From Candidatus Helarchaeota archaeon (lineage in GTDB: Archaea; Asgardarchaeota; Lokiarchaeia; Helarchaeales; RDOG01), in assembly GCA_029838215.1 (NCBI GenBank), contig JALGVI010000059.1, forward strand, positions 1-22,468: 22,468 nt of DNA, in the 5' to 3' direction. Below are positions 1 through 8,448 of this stretch, piece after piece. Position numbers and translations under genes: made by a program. Numbering within the stretch: the stretch's first letter is position 1; every line of letters begins with the position of its first letter. The notes under the pieces are model-generated. The model ran no database searches. It was not told the DNA's origin and saw only the letters and a list, made by a program, of their open reading frames with translations.

Positions 1-2
1 AA

Positions 3-164
3 GATTTTGACATTTTCGGTATTAAATCAATGGAAATGCTCTTACCGTGGAAAATTATTGAAGTGCCTCTGGATCCCTACCTATCCATGTTAGTTCTCGC
101 CGTGGTTTCTTTAATATGTCTATTCGCCACGCAATATTATGTACAGCGAAAGAATTTGACATGA
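3..164 (+). CDS. 3' end of a membrane protein truncated by the window edge, possibly an ABC-type permease
   Basis: Frame open from base 3 to TGA at 162-164: DFDIFGIKSMEMLLPWKIIEVPLDPYLSMLVLAVVSLICLFATQYYVQRKNLT. It has one hydrophobic helix followed by a YYVQRKNL tail resembling permease C-termini, and a T-tract follows. Not in the ORF track. Confidence 0.55.
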   Translation, partial: DFDIFGIKSMEMLLPWKIIEVPLDPYLSMLVLAVVSLICLFATQYYVQRKNLT

Positions 165-176
165 AACGAACCATAA

Positions 177-191
177 TTTTTTTTTCTTTTT
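177..191 (+). terminator. Oligo-T archaeal-type terminator candidate
   Basis: TTTTTTTTTCTTTTT begins 13 nt after the stop at 164. Confidence 0.5.
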
Positions 192-313
192 CCAACTTCA
201 CTTATTTTCTTAATGTTAAATAAATATATGATTTACCAAAAATTGCGCCATCAGAACTTATATTGATGAACTATGAAGATATGTTCAAGTAGCATGAGGT
301 TGAGGTTTAAACC

Positions 314-2095
314 ATGAAAAATGCAAGAATGAAACCAATAATCCTTCTCTTTTTACTCATGTTCATTTTGACAATATGCATGTTTCCTGTCTTATTGAAT
401 CAACAAATGCTAAGAGGAGATACATCTCAGGATTTTCTCACATCTCAAAACTATTCTGCCCTAAGTTTAATCAATATTACTGGTTATAATAATCAATCTG
501 TTCCATCTATTGCGCTGGACTCTAATGGTGATGTACACGTGGTGTTTAGTGAAGAAGAAGGCAATGCCACGGATGTTATATACGTGACGTCGAAAGATAC
601 GTTTAACTCACGTATGAACGTTTCAAAAGGCATTGCAAATGTATCCAACTTATTTGCAGATATTGGCGTGGACACAAATGGCAAGGTTCACGTTATTTGG
701 CTGGGTTCAAATAATAGCATTAATTGGCAGCTTTATTATTCAAATGATGGAGGCTCGGGTCAATTTGGCACGACCAGCATGATTGCAGCTAATGTTAGTG
801 CAGCTAGTCCACCAAAATTGGAAATAGGAACAGATAATGTCGTCCACGTTGTATGGGAAGAAAATTTAAGGTTATATTATGCGAATAGCTCCGATTCCTT
901 TAGTTCCGTTAAAAACGTTTCGAATCTTCCTGTAGCGACTTACAATTGGAATTATCTTCCTGAAATAGCAATTGATTCTAATAACATTGTTCATGTATCT
1001 TGGTATAATCTCTGGTTTAATTATACAATAGTATCTTTCATTCCTCTGAACTTCTCAATTGCCGTACACAATGGATTTCTTTATGCAAATAGTTCCGATG
1101 ATTTTCAGAATCACATCAACGTAACGTCAAATAATTTCACGGGCTATGTTGATACGACTGGTCTGATTAATTACATGTCAAATCTTTCAATTACAATGCG
1201 CGAATATTCTGATATTTGCGTGACGAATGATGGAAACGTTCACATTACCTGGATGAAAATTAATGGAACGGACGAAACGATCTCATATGCAAATAAGACT
1301 GATAATTTTCTTACGAATACCACGATCTTTCATGATAACTCATCAAGTCTATACGCGGCTCCATATAAACTTGCCATCGAGGCACTTGCAAACGACACAA
1401 TATGCATAGCTTGGTCTACAAACCTTACAACTAAGACACCGAAGGATTTTGATATTTACTTGAACGTTAGTATTAATGGATTCAATAATACGATTCAATT
1501 AACGGATCTAGTGGGTAACGATACATATCAAACATTTTGTGTTGATGATAACGATTATTTCCACATGGTCTGGCAAGATAACACCGAAAACGACACGCAA
1601 GTTTATTATCTAAAGGCGAAATTTGGACCATTGCCCGATGGTGATGGTGTAACCCCCATACCATTCGACCTGATGACTTTCTTCATTATCATTGCTTCCA
1701 TTTCAATTGGTGCCATGGCAATTGCTTCTGGTGCAACTATAGTTGTCTGGAAAAAGAAAAAAGCTTCGAGTACAAGACCCAAGATCGTGAAAAAGACCCC
1801 AAAAAGTCTTGGAAAAAGCGTGAAGGCTTCTTTAAGTTCAATTCAGCACTCAAAAATTCTTGAAGAACTCGAATTCCTCGAGAAAAATCCCATTTCTCCT
1901 GAATTGATTAAAGATCCTGCCTTGAAGAATTATCTATCTGGTTCAATAGTTGTTTTGTCTCCCTCGGTAATTCAAAGAGTTGATAAATTACAAATGACTG
2001 AATCAGAAAAACTTGAGCTTTTATCTGAGCTGGGGACTTTAAGTGAAACCGAAGCTTCAGAATTGTTGACAAAAATTGAATCTTCAGGTGCGTGA
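314..2095 (+). CDS. Cell-surface beta-propeller (BNR/sialidase-like repeat) glycoprotein with TM anchor and cytoplasmic tail
   Basis: N-terminal basic+hydrophobic signal; seven repeats of type P.I..D..G.VHV.W; about 26 N-x-S/T sequons by hand count; TM helix at about 1670-1750 followed by KKKK; about 110-aa cytoplasmic tail. GAGGT RBS-like motifs at 296-306. Confidence 0.8.
   Translation: MKNARMKPIILLFLLMFILTICMFPVLLNQQMLRGDTSQDFLTSQNYSALSLINITGYNNQSVPSIALDSNGDVHVVFSEEEGNATDVIYVTSKDTFNSRMNVSKGIANVSNLFADIGVDTNGKVHVIWLGSNNSINWQLYYSNDGGSGQFGTTSMIAANVSAASPPKLEIGTDNVVHVVWEENLRLYYANSSDSFSSVKNVSNLPVATYNWNYLPEIAIDSNNIVHVSWYNLWFNYTIVSFIPLNFSIAVHNGFLYANSSDDFQNHINVTSNNFTGYVDTTGLINYMSNLSITMREYSDICVTNDGNVHITWMKINGTDETISYANKTDNFLTNTTIFHDNSSSLYAAPYKLAIEALANDTICIAWSTNLTTKTPKDFDIYLNVSINGFNNTIQLTDLVGNDTYQTFCVDDNDYFHMVWQDNTENDTQVYYLKAKFGPLPDGDGVTPIPFDLMTFFIIIASISIGAMAIASGATIVVWKKKKASSTRPKIVKKTPKSLGKSVKASLSSIQHSKILEELEFLEKNPISPELIKDPALKNYLSGSIVVLSPSVIQRVDKLQMTESEKLELLSELGTLSETEASELLTKIESSGA
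503..1579 (+). repeat. Seven protein-level beta-propeller blade repeats
   Basis: PSIALDSNGDVHVVF, ADIGVDTNGKVHVIW, PKLEIGTDNVVHVVW, PEIAIDSNNIVHVSW, SDICVTNDGNVHITW, YKLAIEALANDTICIAW, QTFCVDDNDYFHMVW. Confidence 0.75.
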
Positions 2096-2099
2096 TGAA

Positions 2100-2738
2100 A
2101 TGACTATTGAGATGCCTTCAATGCCTTTGACTGAAATACAACAGCAGGTTTTAAACGTGGCACTTGATCTGGTCAAGAAACGTCGCGAACTCGAAGTAAA
2201 TGACATTCTGACTGTCTGCAAGAAGAAGATCAAAAAAGACGAGAAGCAGATCCTTTCTGCTCTATATTTTCTTTTTAGAATGAAGTACATCGTGCCTGGT
2301 AGCCGTCTCACGAAGATGAATCTTTTTGAGAATACAGTTCGAAAGAACCTGCACGATTATATAGCTCACAATCCCGGTGTCCACGTGAGAGAATTGCAGG
2401 ACCAATTTCAGCTTGGTTCCTATGCTGTTTCTTGGCATCTTCACGTGCTGGTGAAATTTGGATTGGTAAAAGAAAGGAATTTTAGTAACAAACGCGTCTA
2501 TTTTCTAAGCACATTTGGTCATGATGAAGAGAAAACATTCGTGCTCCGGACTGATATAACACGAAAAATATACGAAAGTCTATTGAATTATGGAGAAATG
2601 CGTCTTTCTGAACTAGAACAACATCTGGGAATCAAGTACAACATCATTCAATATCACTTAAAACGCCTCGAAGAAGTAGAGTTGATAGAACGCGTGGATT
2701 ATGGTGGCATCACTAAAATTGGAGCCAAAAATTTTTAG
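2100..2738 (+). CDS. Multi-winged-helix transcriptional regulator (COG3398-like)
   Basis: Two clear wHTH units (NPGVHVRELQ...AVSWHLHVLVKFGLV and MRLSELEQHLGIKYNIIQYHLKRLEEVELIER) plus a helical N-terminal domain. ATG at 2100 has AGGTG at 2086-2090 upstream and lies 4 nt after the previous stop. The ORF track starts at TTG 2076. Confidence 0.8.
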   Translation: MTIEMPSMPLTEIQQQVLNVALDLVKKRRELEVNDILTVCKKKIKKDEKQILSALYFLFRMKYIVPGSRLTKMNLFENTVRKNLHDYIAHNPGVHVRELQDQFQLGSYAVSWHLHVLVKFGLVKERNFSNKRVYFLSTFGHDEEKTFVLRTDITRKIYESLLNYGEMRLSELEQHLGIKYNIIQYHLKRLEEVELIERVDYGGITKIGAKNF

Positions 2739-2798
2739 ACAGGATCGCCAAAAAACGCCCCACATGTTTTTTTTAATCGATTAGAATAGAAGACATAG

Positions 2799-4181
2799 TC
2801 ACAAATTCTTGCCGCAATAGGCACAGAATTTTGCTTCTTCCTCAATGTCATGACCACATGCTGGACACTTGCTGATTTTTATAATTTTCTCCTGTTTCAA
2901 TACTGTTGGTTGCTTGTGTTCTTTGATTTTTATTGATCTTATTCGTAAATTATATTTCTTCTTGATCATTTTTTCCTCTTGCTTGAATGAAGCAAAAACT
3001 TCGTTTGCATTTGTTAGTGTCAATTTTTCCTGAGCGTGTTTCGCGTTTTCCATGATTTTTTCAAATAATTCTTTTCTGGCTTGTAAAATTTTGATCCTTT
3101 TTTCAAGAAAAACCCGACTGGTTCGTGTCGTGGTTTGTGCTCGTATGTCTTGAAGCCTGCTAATTGTTATTGCTATTTTTTCGATTTTCTTCTGCAATTT
3201 CTTGTTCACGTTTCGAATCTTGTAGGAAACTTCTTCATGGCTTAAGACCTTAAAAACTCGACTTGATAATATCCATGCTCCGAAAAGAGTTGCATAAGTC
3301 ATGAAAATCCCCACTAAAGCGAATAATAGATAAGCGAGAGGAACCGTATACATCAAACTTGTATCACTGGGAATGAAAAAGGAGATCCAGAAGTCATAGA
3401 ATGCATGTGCCATCACGCTCGCCCAGATTATCTTCAAGTTATTGCGATAATAAGTCAATATCAGTCCGATGGCAAAGATTTGATTCAGACCAATAACCAT
3501 TTGCACCATCATGTAGATTGCATCCATCATTCCCATGATATTTGGATAATCAATAAAAGCAAAAATGGCACCAATCACGAATTTGGGAATGTGAATGGCT
3601 GCAAACAAGATGTTTACAAAGATCGGGGCAAAATGCAAGCCAAATATCTTTGAAGAGTTGGCAAAAAGGTATCCCCTGAAATAGAATTCTTCGGAAATAC
3701 CAACTAACAGGAATAAAACGAGCATTAGTAAGTTAGTGAACGTGAAAAGGTTAAAAGACAATGGCAACGGGAATAGGAACGCAACCCAGATAATCAAGTA
3801 TCCACTGGCAGCAAAAAAACCAAACGCAAATGTTGAAATGAGCCAACCATTCGATTTTGGAATTGCGGGCTTTGTTATTCCCATATCTTGTAAAGTTGTC
3901 GTGCGAATATCGAAAAATATCAAAGCAAGAAATAATACAATAGCGATCAATTCGTAAACAATGTTAAAGAGTGTCTGAAACAAGATATCGTCATAAAACG
4001 GTAAAAAACGGAACACGTTATATCTAAGGTATCTTATAACGGTATATTGAAGAAGCAAGACCGTGATGAGAGGTCCAAGAAGAACCAAGAGACCAATTAT
4101 TATTCTTGCGAGGTAGGGTGATCGAACCTTTGGTGAAATATCCTCGGTAGATGCCGAATCAATGGAAATTTTCCCACTCAA
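2799..4181 (-). CDS. CPBP (CAAX/Abi) family intramembrane protease with C-terminal coiled coil and zinc ribbon
   Basis: Multiple TM helices; motifs GISEEFYFRGY, FAAIH and AHAFYDF; Lys/Glu-rich helical tail; terminal CPACG...CAYCG ribbon. TTG start with GAAGTGA upstream. Confidence 0.85.
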   Translation of the reverse strand: MSGKISIDSASTEDISPKVRSPYLARIIIGLLVLLGPLITVLLLQYTVIRYLRYNVFRFLPFYDDILFQTLFNIVYELIAIVLFLALIFFDIRTTTLQDMGITKPAIPKSNGWLISTFAFGFFAASGYLIIWVAFLFPLPLSFNLFTFTNLLMLVLFLLVGISEEFYFRGYLFANSSKIFGLHFAPIFVNILFAAIHIPKFVIGAIFAFIDYPNIMGMMDAIYMMVQMVIGLNQIFAIGLILTYYRNNLKIIWASVMAHAFYDFWISFFIPSDTSLMYTVPLAYLLFALVGIFMTYATLFGAWILSSRVFKVLSHEEVSYKIRNVNKKLQKKIEKIAITISRLQDIRAQTTTRTSRVFLEKRIKILQARKELFEKIMENAKHAQEKLTLTNANEVFASFKQEEKMIKKKYNLRIRSIKIKEHKQPTVLKQEKIIKISKCPACGHDIEEEAKFCAYCGKNL

Positions 4182-4285
4182 ATATAATCACTTCATCATC
4201 AAAATCCGTCATTATTGAGTTGCATGTCAATCGTTTTAAAATTATTCTTTGAGGAAAGTCATTTTTTTCTCAAAAACAGACTGGA

Positions 4286-4999
4286 TCAGAGATATTTTGA
4301 AATTTTCGGCATTTTATCTCCTAGGATTTTTCGGGCTTCTCTGATAATGCCGTTTAAGAAAATCCAGCCGAAAAAAGTCATCAGTCGGGCGTCATAACGA
4401 ATTACTGAAATTGAATAATACATTCTCAATTTTCTTTTATTGCCCTCAACGTATTTAACGTAGTAAATATCTAAATCCAAGAAAACCTTTTTTCTCAGGA
4501 CCCACTCAACATTAGGTTCTCGTTCCCACTTTGTTAAAAATTCACTTCCAATTTTTGGAGCGATGAGTGCCGCAGTTTTTCCACCAATTACTTCAATAGG
4601 TTGGAATCTTTGTCCAATGATGTCCCACAATACCTTCTCGGGCTCGAGATCTTCGTGGGCTTCCGCATATTTCTCAAGTGATATCAGGTCTTCCGTGTCA
4701 ATGATCACAATGCCCGTCCTGCAAAAAATTTCCATGAACTCTAAATATAATTGCGTCAGGACGTAGGCATCTTCCGTGGGAACCTTTAACGAGCTCTTGG
4801 AATAAAAAATCCTGAGCTCTGCTGGAAATCCCTCTTCTTCGTCCTCTTCATTATAGATCATGATGATCTCAAAATACGGGAACGGCTTGATTGAAATAAC
4901 CCATTCTGTATCCTCGTATGGCTTCCAAGGCTTTTTATCTGCAAGTATCACGTCAAATATGTCGTCTAGCATCTCCATGCTAACACCAAATTCGGCCAC
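4286..4999 (-). CDS. DUF3786-like protein with two related halves
   Basis: KPFPYFEIIMIYNEEDEEEGFPAELRIFYSKSSLKVPTEDAYVL resembles the DUF3786 P.VP...W.GDEEFPA...LFD...TED motif. EWVISIKPF and EWVLRKKVF suggest internal duplication. Start is GTG 4999 or ATG 4978. Confidence 0.55.
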   Translation of the reverse strand: MAEFGVSMEMLDDIFDVILADKKPWKPYEDTEWVISIKPFPYFEIIMIYNEEDEEEGFPAELRIFYSKSSLKVPTEDAYVLTQLYLEFMEIFCRTGIVIIDTEDLISLEKYAEAHEDLEPEKVLWDIIGQRFQPIEVIGGKTAALIAPKIGSEFLTKWEREPNVEWVLRKKVFLDLDIYYVKYVEGNKRKLRMYYSISVIRYDARLMTFFGWIFLNGIIREARKILGDKMPKISKYL

Positions 5000-5108
5000 C
5001 TTGAAAATCCTCCAGCCTGATGAAATTTGCAGGATTGAACGAGTCCACGATTACCACGGCTCCAAAAACCACGTAAATGAGAGGGAATTCTAAAATTAAT
5101 TTTGCGGC

Positions 5109-6068
5109 TCAGGTCGTTCTCTTGATGCCTGATAGGGCTCGCATGTAAAACTTGTGATCTTGGTATTCTAATTCAATTAATTTCTTTTCACGTAACATGC
5201 GCTCTATCACGGACCAATCTAAATTGGCTTTCTCAAGATATTCTTTCAATCCATCTTCTCTCATGGGATGGACTGCTGTAATGCTTAAAATGTTCTCTTC
5301 GATATCTCCCGTGTAGGCAAATTCGCTCCCTTCATAATCTATTAAATATTCGACTTGATTACAGCTCTTGCTGAAGACTTGAAAAGCGGCATTCAGTTCT
5401 TTTTCTCCTGCAGGTCGAACCCAATTTTCTGCCGGAGGTCTCGTTGGAATCGCAATATACGATGTTTTTGGCTTAATTTCTTCGAGAAATCCTGCAATTT
5501 TCTTGATCTCGTTTAAATCATCATTTACGTCTCGGACGAGCATTGTCTCTGTTGCCAAATCACCCGAAAATTGTTTCGCAAAGATCTTCATCCCTTCTAA
5601 TATTTGCTCGTGTTTTAACGACTCGTGAGGTCTATTGATTTTTTGCCAAATCTCCTCACTTACGGCATCCACTTTCAAGGAAACCCAATCCGCTTGAGAA
5701 AGCACGTGCCTAACTTCCCCATCCCAAATAAGAGTTGCATTTGAAATCACGGCAATCTTGATTCCTAAAGGTTTCAAAAGTTCAATCTCCCTCTCTAAGT
5801 TTAAGTCAAGAGTGGGCTCTCCATCAGGGACAAATGTCAAGAAATCAATTGCATCTCCTCTCTTCTTCACGTCGTCAACTTTATTCTGAACCGCTGCCAC
5901 GAGTTCACTCGGCTCGTAAAACTGTTGCCTTCGAATCTTAACTTTCTTTGTCCTCCCAAGTTGGCAATAAATGCAAGAGTAGGTACAATTCTTAGGAGGA
6001 ATGTTATTTATTCCGAGGCTTCGTCCCAACCTTCTCGAAGGGACTGGCCCAAATGCAATGTTTTCCAT
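5109..6068 (-). CDS. Radical SAM protein (COG0731-like)
   Basis: CTYSCIYC CxxxCxxC motif; N-terminal FGPVPSRRLGRSLGIN; TFVPDGEPTL; ISNATL. Confidence 0.9.
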   Translation of the reverse strand: MENIAFGPVPSRRLGRSLGINNIPPKNCTYSCIYCQLGRTKKVKIRRQQFYEPSELVAAVQNKVDDVKKRGDAIDFLTFVPDGEPTLDLNLEREIELLKPLGIKIAVISNATLIWDGEVRHVLSQADWVSLKVDAVSEEIWQKINRPHESLKHEQILEGMKIFAKQFSGDLATETMLVRDVNDDLNEIKKIAGFLEEIKPKTSYIAIPTRPPAENWVRPAGEKELNAAFQVFSKSCNQVEYLIDYEGSEFAYTGDIEENILSITAVHPMREDGLKEYLEKANLDWSVIERMLREKKLIELEYQDHKFYMRALSGIKRTT

Positions 6069-6180
6069 GTAAAATCAATTCTCCATGATCAATTATCATC
6101 ATGAAATCCATCTAGTACTTATCATGTCCGACTTAAGATTATTTCTTGCTCTTTAGATGTAAAAAAAATCATGATGATCT

Positions 6181-6290
6181 TGACGCACCGCTAAGTTGCG
6201 CGTTTCCGTCTTCAGATGGGACGGAACTACCTTGGACGGGGTCGTGTCTCCCAGCACGTCCATTAATGTCCAAGTTATACCATCTGGTAT
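6181..6290. other. GC-rich intergenic element with multiple complementary segments (candidate structured RNA or MITE)
   Basis: Perfect 7-nt complementary pairs TTCCGTC/GACGGAA, CTTGGAC/GTCCAAG and CAGATGG/CCATCTG, plus TGGACG/CGTCCA and ATACC/GGTAT, within about 110 nt set in AT-rich DNA. Confidence 0.45.
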
Positions 6291-6312
6291 TATTCAAATC
6301 AAGTTATTTCTT

Positions 6313-7071
6313 TTATTCATTGTCATTTTTGCCCAATTCATAATAACAACATGATTTTTCCTTTTGTATTTTAAGAACCTTGATATAAAGGTCCCTTTTT
6401 GTATATCTATTCAAATTTTCTTCAAAAAATCCTGCAAGAAGATAATAAAATGCTTCTGTATCTCCTACGTAAAATCCACCAGTATACTCAACCCGGATAA
6501 TTAATACATTTGGATCGTTTGAGGGTGATATTTCAGGTATGAGCATTGGCATTTTGCTATAATAATTAAAAACTTCAAAGATTTGCAAGGCAAATTTACC
6601 AACTTCTTTCATAAGTTCTTTATCCGTTTTAGCTTCATGAACAAGTCTTGCGGATTTTATGGGTGGCCAATAAAGACTTCGAGACATTTCTCGCCCAATT
6701 TTCATTAGGAGCTCGTGAGAATCTGGATGTAATGGATAAATTACCTTTTCAAATCCTTTCCAAAAACTTGTTAAGAAATTTGAGATTAGTGATTGGACAT
6801 TTTTCAAAATATTTTCTGAACTTCTATTTACTCTATGAATAAATTTTGATTGCCCGACTTGCTTTACGGTGATCAATTGTTCTTGTTCTAACGAGGCAAG
6901 ATGATTCCTAATGGTGTTTCTAGTTACCCCAAGTTTTTCAGCTAATTGGGAAATATTTAATCCATATTCTTCATCCCTTAGAATTTCTAAAATCTCAAAT
7001 CTAATATCTCTTTTGCTTGTACTTTTAAAATGAGTTGTTTCATTGTTTTTTGAGTTATTTTCCTCTTTCAT
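6313..7071 (-). CDS. wHTH transcriptional regulator with C-terminal V4R/Bet3-like ligand-binding domain
   Basis: RFEILEILRDEEYGLNISQLAEKLGVTRNTIRNHLASLEQEQLI is a wHTH. The C-terminal region has the V4R-like pattern ...KIGREM...YLLAGFFEENL...SCCYYEL. Divergent from the SCP2 operon. Confidence 0.75.
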   Translation of the reverse strand: MKEENNSKNNETTHFKSTSKRDIRFEILEILRDEEYGLNISQLAEKLGVTRNTIRNHLASLEQEQLITVKQVGQSKFIHRVNRSSENILKNVQSLISNFLTSFWKGFEKVIYPLHPDSHELLMKIGREMSRSLYWPPIKSARLVHEAKTDKELMKEVGKFALQIFEVFNYYSKMPMLIPEISPSNDPNVLIIRVEYTGGFYVGDTEAFYYLLAGFFEENLNRYTKRDLYIKVLKIQKEKSCCYYELGKNDNE

Positions 7072-7193
7072 CCTTTAAACCCTTCTGTTATTTGAAATTG
7101 GCATAATTTCCATATTTCTCTTCAATACAAAGTATTTCAAAATATTTTTTATCTAAGAATCAAAATACTTATATTGTATAAAAACCTAATCAG

Positions 7194-7217
7194 TAGTGGT
7201 GAAAAAAAAGACCACTA
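7194..7217. promoter_or_regulatory. Candidate operator: 7-bp inverted repeat
   Basis: TAGTGGT-N10-ACCACTA lies between a TATA-like region (TTATATTGTATAAAAA, about 7169-7184) and the GGAG RBS (7222-7225) of the SCP2 gene. Confidence 0.5.
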
Positions 7218-7233
7218 AAATGGAGAAAAAGAT

Positions 7234-7701
7234 GTGAAAAAAATGGTAACATTTGATGATATTAAAGAAATGGGAAAAAAATGGGCTAAGGATTATTGTA
7301 AAGCCTTGAATTCCTCTGAAGAATATGCTAAAGCCGCAAAAGGATGGGGCATTGATTTTGAAGGTGCCATGATGTTTGTTTGGGATCCTAGCGGGGAGTT
7401 GGACTTCCCTATAAAAAGTTTCATCGATCTAAAGGATGGAAAATGCCTTGGAATTACACTCCTTGCCCCTGATGAAGAACCCCCACGACCCCCTGGAATG
7501 ATTCTAAGGGCTCCTATGAACATTTGGAAGAAATTGGCGAATAAAGAGCTCAATCCCGTTCAATGTTTAATGAATGGGGATCTCCAATTAGAAGGTGATA
7601 TGGGTCTTGCAATGCAATATTCGCAAGCAGCTTTAATGTTAGCTGACGCTACAGAAGGTACTGATATGTCGTTTATAGATCAATTTGATGTTGGGGATTA
7701 A
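7234..7701 (+). CDS. SCP2 sterol/lipid-binding domain protein
   Basis: ALNSSEEYAKAAKGW...LRAPMNIWKKLANKELNPVQCLMNGDLQLEGDM is the SCP2 signature. Start is GTG 7234 or ATG 7243. Confidence 0.85.
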   Translation: MKKMVTFDDIKEMGKKWAKDYCKALNSSEEYAKAAKGWGIDFEGAMMFVWDPSGELDFPIKSFIDLKDGKCLGITLLAPDEEPPRPPGMILRAPMNIWKKLANKELNPVQCLMNGDLQLEGDMGLAMQYSQAALMLADATEGTDMSFIDQFDVGD

Positions 7702-8448
7702 ATGACAAAATATGAACAAGTCAATTACTCAATGCCTTGGCAATGTGGACATTATCCACCACCACCAATATATTATCCAAGAATGCGAGCCATTGTTTGT
7801 TTAATGGATCTTGATTTAACAACAAAGAAAAAGTTTCTACCACCTGAATTTGAACCCGTTAGATCCCCTTTTGACTCAATATTCATCTCAGAATATTCTG
7901 AATCCTCAATAGGACCATATAATGAAAATTTAATTCTCTTATATTGCAAGTTTGAAGATAAAGCGGGATTATTCGTGATGAATATTTATGTTGATGATGA
8001 TGTAGCACTTACTGCAGGACGAGAAATTTGGGGTTATCCAAAGAAAATGGCCCACATTGAACTTTCTCAAGTTCAAGGAAATATCGTAAAAGGATCATTA
8101 ACAAGAAAAGAAAAGAAACTTATTGATGTTGAAGTAGAATTAACCGATAGACCACCTGGAATCGATCCCGGTTTTATAATTTCGTCTACTCCGCTTTTTA
8201 ATTTAAAAATGTTCCCTGATGTTGCAGATAATACGAAACCTTGCTTGAAACAAGTAACTGCAACAACATTACTATGGGACAATTTTAAGGTTAAACGTGG
8301 ATTAAACGTGAAATCTATCACAAGTGAATATTCTGAATATGATATCTGTGCAGAATTAGTGAATAAGGCGAAATTCAATCAAGGTGGCTTTTATGTAGAG
8401 TGTCATCAAACACTTCCTAATGGAGAATTACTAAAAAAATTAATTTAA
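7702..8448 (+). CDS. Acetoacetate decarboxylase superfamily protein
   Basis: GPYNE...IYVDDDVALTAGREIWGYPKK, which includes the Schiff-base lysine position. Abuts the upstream stop with 0 nt gap. Confidence 0.88.
   Translation: MTKYEQVNYSMPWQCGHYPPPPIYYPRMRAIVCLMDLDLTTKKKFLPPEFEPVRSPFDSIFISEYSESSIGPYNENLILLYCKFEDKAGLFVMNIYVDDDVALTAGREIWGYPKKMAHIELSQVQGNIVKGSLTRKEKKLIDVEVELTDRPPGIDPGFIISSTPLFNLKMFPDVADNTKPCLKQVTATTLLWDNFKVKRGLNVKSITSEYSEYDICAELVNKAKFNQGGFYVECHQTLPNGELLKKLI

Noticed and set aside
4964-5111. Reading frame stays open for 44 codons after the radical SAM TGA (possible selenocysteine or readthrough, or a frameshifted N-terminus of the DUF3786-like gene)
   Set aside because: The TGA is not at a conserved Cys position, the enzyme looks complete, and no SECIS-like AUGA/GA stem was found. 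Most likely chance.
6171-6177. ATGATGA C-box-like motif before the structured element
   Set aside because: No CTGA D box at a suitable distance on the same strand, so it is not a C/D sRNA.
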